This document shows positions 38,272 through 47,538 of a stretch of DNA of 64,000 nucleotides, in pieces (position 1 is the first letter of the stretch; every line of letters starts with the position of its first letter). The notes under the pieces were generated by a model. That model searched no databases, was not told the origin of the DNA, and worked only from the letters and a program-made list of their open reading frames with translations. Source of the stretch: an uncultured Holophaga sp. (GTDB taxonomy: Bacteria > Acidobacteriota > Holophagae > Holophagales > Holophagaceae); contig OY761614.1 of NCBI GenBank assembly GCA_963664825.1, positions 320,001 to 384,000 on the forward strand, in the 5' to 3' direction. The position numbers and the translations under genes are program-made.

Positions 38272-39384
38272 ATGTCCCAACCCAAGAAGGCATACCGGGT
38301 GCTCGCCATCAATCCAGGCTCCACCTCCACCAAGATCGCGGTGTACGAAGGGGACCAGGAGCGCTTCACCAAGGAATTGAAGCACAGCCCCGAGGAACTC
38401 CGGCCCTTCGACGGCAAGCCCATCACCGAGCAATTCCATTTCCGCAAGGACGCCATCGAGAAGTTCCTCCACGAGAGCGGCTTCAACATCCAGGATATCG
38501 ACGCAGTCTCAGGCCGCGGCGGGCTGCTGCATCCCATGCCCCACGGCACCTTCCAGGTCAACGCGCCCATGATTGCCGACCTCAAGGTGGGCATCCAGGG
38601 TCAGCACGCCTCCAACCTGGGCGGCCTCATCGCCCACGAACTGATGGAGGGCACCGGCAAGCCCGCCTTCATCGTGGACCCCGTCGTGGTCGACGAAGTG
38701 GCCGAACGGGTGAAGATCACCGGCCTCAAGCAGATCCGCCGCCAGGTCATCAGCCACCCCCTGAACCAGATCGCCACCGGCCACCGTTATGCCGAAGAGC
38801 AGGGCACGAGCTACGAGCAGCTCAATCTCATCGTGGCCCACATGGGCGGCGGCATCAGCGTCGGCGCCCACCGGAAGGGCCACTATGTGGACGTGAATAA
38901 TGCCCTGGGCGGCGAAGGCCCCTTCACCCCGGAGCGCGCGGGCTCCCTGCCCGGCTTCCAGCTAGTGGATCTGTGTTTCTCCGGCCAGTACACCCAGGCG
39001 CAGATCAAGAAGCTGCTGGTGGGCAAGGGCGGCCTCATGGACCTGCTGGGCACCACGAACCTGATGGAACTGGAAAACCGCTACGTCGCCGGGGATGCCC
39101 ACGTGATCGCCATCCTGGACGCCATGGCCTACGGCGTGGCCAAGGAGATCTCCAGCCTCTGGCCCGCCTTCGACGGGGAACCCGTGGACCAGATCCTCAT
39201 CACCGGCGGCATCGCCCGCTGCAAGCCCACGGTCGCCTATATCCAGAAGTGCCTGGCCGCCCTGCCTGCGGGCATCAGCGTCTACCCCGGCGAGAACGAG
39301 ATGCTAGCCCTGGTCATGGGCGCCCTGCGGGTGCTCAACGGCCAGGAGACCGCCAAGGTCTACGCACCATCCAGCGTCCGCTGA
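38272..39384 (+). CDS. buk: Butyrate kinase
   Basis: INPGSTSTKIA, GRGGLL, HASNLG, VAHMGGGISV, YPGENEM. Confidence 0.95.
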   Translation: MSQPKKAYRVLAINPGSTSTKIAVYEGDQERFTKELKHSPEELRPFDGKPITEQFHFRKDAIEKFLHESGFNIQDIDAVSGRGGLLHPMPHGTFQVNAPMIADLKVGIQGQHASNLGGLIAHELMEGTGKPAFIVDPVVVDEVAERVKITGLKQIRRQVISHPLNQIATGHRYAEEQGTSYEQLNLIVAHMGGGISVGAHRKGHYVDVNNALGGEGPFTPERAGSLPGFQLVDLCFSGQYTQAQIKKLLVGKGGLMDLLGTTNLMELENRYVAGDAHVIAILDAMAYGVAKEISSLWPAFDGEPVDQILITGGIARCKPTVAYIQKCLAALPAGISVYPGENEMLALVMGALRVLNGQETAKVYAPSSVR

Positions 39385-39595
39385 ACCCCACGGCCTTTCA
39401 CTCCTGGTCCCCAGGGCCGGGAGAGTCATGTACGACCCCAACCCTACGGCAATCCTGTGACAATTCTCAGAGAGATACACCCCAGCGTCATGGCGATGTA
39501 AAAAAGCGTCTACATCACAATAATAAGTAAACCGCTACCCCCTCTCACGCGTGAAACTTTTCCAGGGATGATTTCCCATTTCCCAAGGAGTTTCC

Positions 39596-40105
39596 ATGAA
39601 ATCTGTTCGCACTCTCCTCACCGGGCTTCTGCTCATTGGAAGCTGTAGCCTCTTCGCGGGCGACTACGACTCGCTTTTTAAGACTGTAAAAGCCAACTGG
39701 CCCAACAGGAAAATGGCAGCTGTCGTCTGTGACCTAGAAATGAGCCGCTTCGCTGTCGCGGATCTGGCTGCGGCCGCCCATGCAGCAGGCATTTCTCTGC
39801 AGGCTGTGAATGTGAAGGCAGACAAGGATGTGGACGCGGCCAAGACCTCCATCTACAACATGCGTCCCGATTTCATCGTAATGGTGGACTCCGATCCCGT
39901 CCTTGGTATCCATGGCAAGCTAACCAAGTCCTTCATCTCCAGCGCCTTGAATATCGGTGTCCCATCCGTAAGTACCCACGGGGACTTCCTGAAGGTCGGC
40001 GGCGTCCTGGCTGTGGGGCCTAAAACCGAGGGAAAGGTTCTGGCCAGCGGCAGGCTGACCAAGTCCCTGCGCCTGAAGGTCCCCGAAGGCACGACGCTCC
40101 AGTAG
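39596..40105 (+). CDS. Secreted hypothetical protein
   Basis: AAGGAG RBS, signal-peptide-like N-terminus, downstream hairpin. Confidence 0.75.
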   Translation: MKSVRTLLTGLLLIGSCSLFAGDYDSLFKTVKANWPNRKMAAVVCDLEMSRFAVADLAAAAHAAGISLQAVNVKADKDVDAAKTSIYNMRPDFIVMVDSDPVLGIHGKLTKSFISSALNIGVPSVSTHGDFLKVGGVLAVGPKTEGKVLASGRLTKSLRLKVPEGTTLQ

Positions 40106-40233
40106 CCCGCCCCTCTTCAAAGGCCCAGGCCACCTCAAGCCGCCTGGGCCTTTGGCTGTACATCCCACCTCCCCATCTGCCACATCCATAACTCCTACTA
40201 CCCGAACGCGCCGCTTTCTGTTTGGCTGGTGGT

Positions 40234-42063
40234 ATGAAAAACCGCCTCTGGATCCCGGCCATCCTGCTCCTGCTCTTCCTGGGAGCCACCACCGCAGGCC
40301 TCCTCCTCACCCGGGAGCCCGCGCCGGTCAGCGAGGAGGACCAGCCCGCTGCCAAAGCCAAGAAGGCCGGAGCCAAACCCAAGGAGCGCCGGGTCGATCA
40401 ACGGCCCCTGCTCACGGCCCGGCGCCTCGCGCTATTGGCCCGGACGCCGGAAGAGCTGGCCCTGGCCAAGCAGGCCGAGCGTCTGGCGAACCACGATGTG
40501 GATCTGGCCTTCGCGGAGGCCATGCGCCAGACGGTCGAGAGCGCTCCACCTCCGACGCCTGAACTGAAGGCCCTCCAAGCCGAGAAGGCCAAGGCCGAAG
40601 CCGCCGTGGAGGAGGGTGAGAAGAACCTCAAGCGCCTCAATGCACTGATCCCCACCGCGAAGGGAGCAGCCCAGAGCAGCCTGGAAGACCAGATCGAGGT
40701 CACCAAGGCCCAGCTCGAACTCGACCAGGACGAACTGGAGGAGGCCGCCGAAAACCTGGAACGCGCCGGAGGCGATCCCCAGGCCAAAATCCGGCGGCTG
40801 AGGGCCGCCCAGGAGGCCGCCGAGAAGGAGGCCAGCGCAGCCCAGCCCGGCGAAACAGCCCCTTCCAGCCTCCCGGCCCGCAGCCTCCTGGCCCGCTTCC
40901 GGGAGTGGGCCAACCAGCGGAGCAAACACACCCAGCTCCTCGGGGCCCAGCAGGCCGCCCAAACGAAGATGCAGCGCATGATCCTGCGCCAGCAGACCCT
41001 TGCCCAGAGCCTCCAACAGAGCAAGGAGGCCCGCGCCGTGGTCAAGCAGCAGGCCACGGCCCTATCCCAGTCGACCCATGCCACCAGGGAAGATTCCCAG
41101 GCAGCCCGGGAATCCATCCGTGCCTTCGCCCTGGAACAGCGCAAGCTGACGGCCATCGTGAGGCGGACCCAGGACCAGCGGGAGCTGGGAGAGACCTATG
41201 GCGCCTGGATCACCCTGACGGAGGGCTATCAGCGGACGGCCCTCCATAGCCTACTAAATACCCTCCTCATCATCCTGGGCGTGATGGCCCTCGTATTCCT
41301 CCTGGACCGCATCGCCGATCATCTCTTCACGAGCCGCTCCGTGGAGAACCTGCGGGCGGGAACCCATCGCACCGTGGTGAAGATCATCATCGGCTGCCTA
41401 GGGGCCCTAGTGATCGTCTTCGTGGTGGTGGGCATGCCCGCCCAGACCACCACCATGCTGGGCCTCATGGGCGCCGGCCTCACGGTGGCCCTCAAGGACT
41501 TCATCGTGGCCTTCTTCGGCTGGTTCGTGCTCATGGGACGCAATGGCATCCGGGTGGGCGACTGGGTGGAGATCAAGGGGGTGGGCGGAGAGGTCGTGGA
41601 AATCGGCCTGCTGCGCACCATCGTGCTGGAGACGGGCAGCTGGAGCGATTCCGGCCACCCCACGGGCCGCCGCGTGGCATTCGTGAACAGCTTCGCCATG
41701 GAAGGCCACTACTTCAATTTCTCCACCGCCGGTCAGTGGATGTGGGACGAGCTCAAGGTGCTCATCCCACCCGACCAGGATCCCTACCCCATCCTGGAGG
41801 GCGTCCAGAAGCTGGTGGAGGCGGAGACCCACGCCAATGCCGACATCGCCGAAAAGGAGTGGAGCCAGGTCACCAAGCGCTACCGTGTCCGGGCCTTTTC
41901 CACCACACCCGGCATCCAACTCGTGCCCACCAGCAACGGCATTGAGCTCCGCGCCCGCTACATCACCCGCGCCTTCCAACGCCATGAAACCCGCCGCGAT
42001 CTCTACCGGGCCGTGGTGGAACTCATGCACGGGAAGCGGGTACAGAACGCGAAACCAAGCTGA
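40234..42063 (+). CDS. MscS-family mechanosensitive channel with a long N-terminal coiled coil
   Basis: LGLMGAGLTVALKD, IRVGDWVEI, GEVVEIGLLRT. Confidence 0.9.
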   Translation: MKNRLWIPAILLLLFLGATTAGLLLTREPAPVSEEDQPAAKAKKAGAKPKERRVDQRPLLTARRLALLARTPEELALAKQAERLANHDVDLAFAEAMRQTVESAPPPTPELKALQAEKAKAEAAVEEGEKNLKRLNALIPTAKGAAQSSLEDQIEVTKAQLELDQDELEEAAENLERAGGDPQAKIRRLRAAQEAAEKEASAAQPGETAPSSLPARSLLARFREWANQRSKHTQLLGAQQAAQTKMQRMILRQQTLAQSLQQSKEARAVVKQQATALSQSTHATREDSQAARESIRAFALEQRKLTAIVRRTQDQRELGETYGAWITLTEGYQRTALHSLLNTLLIILGVMALVFLLDRIADHLFTSRSVENLRAGTHRTVVKIIIGCLGALVIVFVVVGMPAQTTTMLGLMGAGLTVALKDFIVAFFGWFVLMGRNGIRVGDWVEIKGVGGEVVEIGLLRTIVLETGSWSDSGHPTGRRVAFVNSFAMEGHYFNFSTAGQWMWDELKVLIPPDQDPYPILEGVQKLVEAETHANADIAEKEWSQVTKRYRVRAFSTTPGIQLVPTSNGIELRARYITRAFQRHETRRDLYRAVVELMHGKRVQNAKPS

Positions 42064-42378
42064 AACCCAATTGTGCCGGAAAATCAAACCCACCACGAAG
42101 GGGATAGAAAAGCTAGGAGCAAAGCCTCCTGTTCTTTTATTCGCAGGGAATCGTTGGTCATGCCTGGACCCGGATGCAGGTCTGCCTTATCCCTTGCATT
42201 GACCCTGTGTCCACGGGGTAGGAACTGCGAGGTAATGAATAAGATGTTGTTTTCATGGAATGGGGCTTGGTAAGCTAGAACCATTCAAACGCAAGGGTGA
42301 GACACTCTTTCATCCATCAGCGCCGCACCTTGCATTCGGGCTAAGGGTCTACAGCGGCCCTTAGTCTAGGGGGTTGCT

Positions 42379-44694
42379 ATGGCTTTGCGATGGAAGCGTT
42401 GTGGTCTGATCCTGTCGGCTCTGCTGGCCTGCGTCCTGCTGGGTTGCAGCGGCTCGGGCGGGGTCCCGGTCATTACGGCCTTCTCGGCAGGTTCCACCAC
42501 CGTGGATGCCGGGGGCACAGTCGAACTGGATTGGACGGTTTCGGGGGCCAGCAGCCTTGCCATCGATAACGGGGTGGGCACCGTCACCGGCCGCAGTTCC
42601 CTGAGGGTTACCCCTTCCCAGACCACCACCTACACCCTCACCGCCTCCAATGCCAAAGGCAGTGTCAGCGCCAAGACCACCATCACGGTGAAGGTCACCC
42701 TGAGCCTGGAGCAAACGGCCCTCGTGCTCACTCCCGGAAGCACCCAGCGCTTTTCGGCAACGGTCAAGGGTTCCTCCGCCGGGGTCGCCTGGAGCGTCCT
42801 GGAGAGCGGCGGGGGTTGGATCACCGCCGACGGAGTCTACATCGCCCCCAGCACGGCGGGGATCTACCACGTCCAGGCCACCTCTCAGGCGGACGCTACG
42901 GTCTATGCCAGGGCGGCCATCACGGTGGACAGCATCGGCGTCTCCGTCCTGCCGGGATCCGCTTCCCTGGCCCCCCGGGGCTCCCTGACGCTCACGGCCA
43001 CGATCAGTGGCGCCAGCACTAATTCGGGGGTGACCTGGTCGGTTCTCGGCAACGGCGCGGGCACTCTCGTGGATAAGGGCAATGGCACGGCGCTCTATAC
43101 GGCGCCCGGAACGGCGGGCACCTACCAGGTTCAGGCTGCCAGCCTCGAGGACCCGACCAAGACAGCCACGGTAGTCCTCACGGTGAACCAAGTGGCGGTG
43201 GTCGTGTCGCCCGTCTCCCAGCGCGTGCTGGCTGGCGCTTCCCAGCCATACACCGCCACGGTCACGGGCAGCTCCAACACCGCCGTGACCTGGTCCGTGG
43301 TCGAGACAGAAGGGGGGAGCATCTCCTCCAGCGGCCTCTACACGGCCCCTACCATCGCTGGGACCTATCACATCCAGGCCACCTCGGTGGCCGATGCCAG
43401 CGCCTCGGCCACGGTGCCGGTGATGGTGGAGCTGGTGGGGGTCTCTATCTCCCCCGCCCAGGCCACCCTCGCACCGGGAGCCCCCCAGCAGTTCGCGGCC
43501 CTGGTGGCGGGTACGGAGAACACCCAGGTCACCTGGCAGGTCCAGGAGGCGGGCGGTGGTCAGATCGATAGCAGCGGAAGCTACACCGCCCCTTCCGTGA
43601 CCGGGACCTACCATGTGAGCGCCTACAGCGTGGAAGATCCGGGCAAGTCCTCCACCGCGACGGTTTCCGTTCCCAGCCGCACCCTGACCGTGGCGCTGGG
43701 AACCGACGCGAGCGGCACACCTTCGGCGAGCACCTCCGCCGTGCATGGCCAGGTGATCAGCTACAGCTATGCCGCGGCCTCGGGCTACAACCTGCAGGTC
43801 CTAGTGGATGGGGCCACGGCCCCGGCCGCGGGGACGCTCATCATGGACCGGGACCACTCAATCAGCGTGTCAACGAGCCTTGCCGTGGTAGTCACCGCCT
43901 TTTATCAGCTGGCAACCACGGTTTCCGGGGCGGTGGGGGCTCCGATCGCTGGCAGCGCCGGCTATGCCCAGGGCACCGTGGTCGCCTACTCCTATGCCCT
44001 GCAATCCGGCTACATCGAACCACTAGTGGTCACCCTGGACGGCACGGTCATCCCGGCCTCGGGGACCATCACCATGAACGGCAATCACACCCTGAGCGCC
44101 GTTGCGCACCAAGAGGTCGTGGTGGTGCCCATCCTCACCACCCGTACCCTGACAGTCAACCTGGGTTCTGGAACCTCCGGAATCCCTGCCGCCACGACCA
44201 CCTGCAATGATGGGACCGCAGTCACCTATGTCTACGCCCTGACGACTTCAGCGCCCTCCGGCTACGTCCTGTCGTCCTGGTGGATGATGTGGCCGCCGCT
44301 GGTGGATGATGTGGCCGCCGCCGCGACGGGCACCCTCACCATGAAGGCCGATCACACCATCACGGTTGCAGCGGTGGTCCTGCCCTTCAGCGTCTCCATT
44401 GATGCGAGTGGCCCCAGTGGAGGGTCTAACCCTTTGAATACCCCCGATAATCTCGGCGATTCCTACAACGCTGGTGAAACTAAGACCTACCTCGCCAGGC
44501 CCAGTGGAGGGATCCCCCCCTACACCTATAAATGGGAATCTTTGAATACCAACCCGTATGTTGTCCGTTCCACCAACCAATACCTCACGCTCCCAAATAT
44601 GCAGAGTGATACGACCCCCTATTCCTGGAGGCTGACCGTCACGGACACTAGGGGGAAGAAGACTGATGAGTTTTTTTGGCTGGCAATGAATTAG
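42379..44694 (+). CDS. Surface lipoprotein with tandem Ig-like (Big_2-like) and other beta-rich repeats
   Basis: Lipobox LLGC; repeated VTWSV...GG.I...G.YTAP...GTYHV.ATS units. Confidence 0.85.
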   Translation: MALRWKRCGLILSALLACVLLGCSGSGGVPVITAFSAGSTTVDAGGTVELDWTVSGASSLAIDNGVGTVTGRSSLRVTPSQTTTYTLTASNAKGSVSAKTTITVKVTLSLEQTALVLTPGSTQRFSATVKGSSAGVAWSVLESGGGWITADGVYIAPSTAGIYHVQATSQADATVYARAAITVDSIGVSVLPGSASLAPRGSLTLTATISGASTNSGVTWSVLGNGAGTLVDKGNGTALYTAPGTAGTYQVQAASLEDPTKTATVVLTVNQVAVVVSPVSQRVLAGASQPYTATVTGSSNTAVTWSVVETEGGSISSSGLYTAPTIAGTYHIQATSVADASASATVPVMVELVGVSISPAQATLAPGAPQQFAALVAGTENTQVTWQVQEAGGGQIDSSGSYTAPSVTGTYHVSAYSVEDPGKSSTATVSVPSRTLTVALGTDASGTPSASTSAVHGQVISYSYAAASGYNLQVLVDGATAPAAGTLIMDRDHSISVSTSLAVVVTAFYQLATTVSGAVGAPIAGSAGYAQGTVVAYSYALQSGYIEPLVVTLDGTVIPASGTITMNGNHTLSAVAHQEVVVVPILTTRTLTVNLGSGTSGIPAATTTCNDGTAVTYVYALTTSAPSGYVLSSWWMMWPPLVDDVAAAATGTLTMKADHTITVAAVVLPFSVSIDASGPSGGSNPLNTPDNLGDSYNAGETKTYLARPSGGIPPYTYKWESLNTNPYVVRSTNQYLTLPNMQSDTTPYSWRLTVTDTRGKKTDEFFWLAMN

Positions 44695-44882
44695 GCGGCC
44701 CAGATCCTGCGGGGCTCGGAGAGACCCGCAGGACGTGACGCAGATCTGAAGCTTAAGGACGTCGGGAATAAAAACCCACCACGGAGATCACGCAGGCAAG
44801 AGCAGCCGCAGCAAGGCCTCCTGTCCCTCTCCGTGCCGAGGTGAATCCCGCCTGTTGAACACGAAACCCCATGCACCCCTGC

Positions 44883-44912
44883 GAAGAAGCCCGGCTTTCG
44901 CCGGGCTTCTTC
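44883..44912. terminator. Hairpin downstream of pta, between convergent genes
   Basis: GAAGAAGCCCGGC-tttc-GCCGGGCTTCTTC. Confidence 0.75.
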
Positions 44913-44928
44913 ATGGAACGAGGAAAGC

Positions 44929-45939
44929 CTACAGCGCCGTCTGGAGCACCGTCAGGATCACGGTATTGACCACGTCCTCGGCGGTGCAGCCGCGGCTGAG
45001 GTCGTTGCCGGGCTTGGCGAGACCCTGGAGCACGGGCCCGATGGCCGAGCATCCGCCGAAGCGCTCGGCGATCTTGTAGCCGATGTTGCCCGCGTTGAGT
45101 TCGGGGAAGACGAGCACATTGGCGTGGCCGGCCACCTTGGAGCCGGGGAACTTCTTCAGCCCCACGGCCGGAATCATGGCGGCGTCGAACTGGATCTCAC
45201 CGTCCACCTGGAGTTCGGGATTCCGTTCACGCACGATCCGCAGGGCCGTCCGCACCTTCTCCACCTTCTCGTGCTCGGCGCTGCCGGCTGTGCTGAAGGA
45301 GAGCATGGCCACTTTCGGATCGACTCCCAGCATGGCCTTGGCCGTGGCCGCCGAGGCCAGGGCCACGTCCGCCAGCTGTTCGGCATCGGGATCGGGCAGG
45401 ACGGCGCAATCGCCGAACATCATGGCGCCCTTTTCACCATACTTCTCGTCTGGATGGATCATCAGGAAGACGCTGCTGACGGTCTTGATGCCCTTGGCGC
45501 ATCCGATGGTGAGCAGGCAGGCCCGCACGGTTTCGCCCGTGGTATTCAGGGCCCCGGCCACGAAGCCATCGGCCTGGCCTGATCGCACCATCATGCCGCC
45601 GAAGTAGAGGGGCGATTCCAGCGTCGCAGCCGCCTTTTCCGGAGTCATGCCCTTGTGCTTGCGGGCCTCGAAGAAGGCATTGGCAAAGACCTTGGCATCG
45701 GGGTCGCTCAAGGGATCGCGCAGCGTGGCACCCGCGAGGCTCACGCCCAATTCCCCAGCCCTGGCCTGCATCTTCAGGGGATCCCCCAGCACGGTCACCC
45801 GACAGATACCTTCCTTCAGGAGCTGGGCAGCGGCCAGGAGGGTGCGGTCATCCACGCCTTCGGGCAGGACGATGTGGCGCTTCAGCCCCTTGGCGCGGGT
45901 GCGAAAGGCCTGGAACCAAGCTTCGTGAGTGGTGGTCAT
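44929..45939 (-). CDS. pta: Phosphate acetyltransferase
   Basis: [58 protein letters not shown]. Confidence 0.95.
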   Translation of the reverse strand: MTTTHEAWFQAFRTRAKGLKRHIVLPEGVDDRTLLAAAQLLKEGICRVTVLGDPLKMQARAGELGVSLAGATLRDPLSDPDAKVFANAFFEARKHKGMTPEKAAATLESPLYFGGMMVRSGQADGFVAGALNTTGETVRACLLTIGCAKGIKTVSSVFLMIHPDEKYGEKGAMMFGDCAVLPDPDAEQLADVALASAATAKAMLGVDPKVAMLSFSTAGSAEHEKVEKVRTALRIVRERNPELQVDGEIQFDAAMIPAVGLKKFPGSKVAGHANVLVFPELNAGNIGYKIAERFGGCSAIGPVLQGLAKPGNDLSRGCTAEDVVNTVILTVLQTAL

Positions 45940-46131
45940 GATTTCCCCCTGAGGCTCTCATTTTCGCAGCGGGTCCGCGGGAACGGATCACAGCTCCAGA
46001 ATATCTGCGAATCTTCCTGCGCCCCGGGCCGGGAGTGCCATATTTTTTTATCAGTTTCATTGTGGTGAAATTTATTTGTGCATCCGGCTAAACTGGGTGC
46101 ATTGTCCCAGCCCTTCTCCAGGAGGCGTCCC

Positions 46132-47451
46132 ATGAGCCCGATTCCAGCCTTCCTCCCGAGCCTCCTCGCCGCGCTGGTGTTGGGTGGCACCGGCCTTCAG
46201 GCCCAGGCAGCCCCGAAGCCCAGGCCAGAGCCTTCGGTCTACACCCGGCGGGTCCATCCGGCGGAGCCCTCGACCTCCATCGACTGGAACGCCCGCATCA
46301 CGGCCCTTCTAAAGGAAGAGCCGGGGGACATCGTCGTCACGGCCGTGGGAGACATGATCTTCAACGAGCCGATCACCCAGCTCAAGGCCCCCGAACGCCA
46401 AGGCCTCTTCCGCATCATGCAGGAAGCCGATATCGCCTACGGCAACCTGGAATTCTCCATCAACGACCGGCCGGAACTCCAGCGGCCCTTCTACAATTTC
46501 CGCGCTGGGCGGGACTTCGCCTGGGAGGTGGCCCGCACGGGCATCAACCTGGTGAGCCTATCCAATAACCACGCCCTGGATTTCGGCCCCGAGGGGCTGA
46601 AGGAATGCCTGCGCGCCCTGGATCTCACCAATATCGACTATGCCGGCGCCGGGAACAGCCTGGCGGAAGCCCATGCCCTCTGCACGCACGAGGTCCAGGG
46701 CCAGAAGACCAAATTCGGCCTGCTCTCCTACATGCGCTACTGGTCGGCGAAATACCGTTCTAAGAATGCCGATGGGCCTTCGCTAGCCACCATCGACCCG
46801 GCTGTGATCCTGGTGGCCAAGGACGGCAAGGTGGAGACCATGGAAGGCCCCCTGGAGAGCGACGTGAAGACCATGGAGGACGATATCTTCCTGGGCCGTC
46901 GGCATTCGGATCTGCTGATGGTGGCCCTCCACAACCACGACGTCACCCACAATCGCACCTTCGGCATCCAGAATAAGACGCCAGCCACCGACGAGATCAT
47001 GTTCCACCGGGCCATCGAGGCGGGCGCCGACCTGGTGCTGGGCACGGGCCCCCACGTGCTGCGGGGCATCGAGATCCACAAGGGGAAGCCCATCTTCTAC
47101 AGCCTCTCCAACTTCATCTACCAGTACCGCACGCCGGACCGCATCCCCACCGACCTCCCCCATCAGCGGGATCTGGAAATGCCCCGGCCCACCAATGTCT
47201 CCGTCTGGGACCGCCGGGATTCCCCCGAGGTCATGGAGGGCGTTCTCGTGCGCATGATCCTGAACCAGGGGAAACTGCGCCGCATCCAGCTCATCCCCTT
47301 CGCCATCGACGACGAGGGCCCCCTCTACGGCGTGCCGCGGCTGGTGAACGATGCGCGCGCCAAGGCGACCCTGGAGCGGCTCCAGAAACTCTCCACGCCC
47401 TACGGCACGAAGATCACACCCAAGGGCTGGTACGGCGAAATCGAACTGTGA
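46132..47451 (+). CDS. CapA/PGA_cap-family metallophosphatase-like secreted protein
   Basis: AVGDMI, GNLE, SLSNNHALDFG, GTGPHVL, YSLSNF; AGGAGG RBS. Confidence 0.88.
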   Translation: MSPIPAFLPSLLAALVLGGTGLQAQAAPKPRPEPSVYTRRVHPAEPSTSIDWNARITALLKEEPGDIVVTAVGDMIFNEPITQLKAPERQGLFRIMQEADIAYGNLEFSINDRPELQRPFYNFRAGRDFAWEVARTGINLVSLSNNHALDFGPEGLKECLRALDLTNIDYAGAGNSLAEAHALCTHEVQGQKTKFGLLSYMRYWSAKYRSKNADGPSLATIDPAVILVAKDGKVETMEGPLESDVKTMEDDIFLGRRHSDLLMVALHNHDVTHNRTFGIQNKTPATDEIMFHRAIEAGADLVLGTGPHVLRGIEIHKGKPIFYSLSNFIYQYRTPDRIPTDLPHQRDLEMPRPTNVSVWDRRDSPEVMEGVLVRMILNQGKLRRIQLIPFAIDDEGPLYGVPRLVNDARAKATLERLQKLSTPYGTKITPKGWYGEIEL

Positions 47452-47538
47452 TGGAGGAGGGGATCCCGGAAGCCGTAACATCAGCGTCCATCGGCGTTCA
47501 GCCTTGTTTAAAAGTCCTTCAACTCTGATGCACGCCGT

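Noticed and set aside
42240..42378. c-di-GMP-I riboswitch upstream of the Ig-repeat lipoprotein
   Set aside because: Only fragments (AACCATTC, ACGCAA) and one hairpin are present; the GGCAAAC/GAAA/GACGCAAAGC architecture cannot be assembled
42379..44694. Diversity-generating retroelement target
   Set aside because: No reverse transcriptase and no template/variable repeat pair differing at adenines seen in the window
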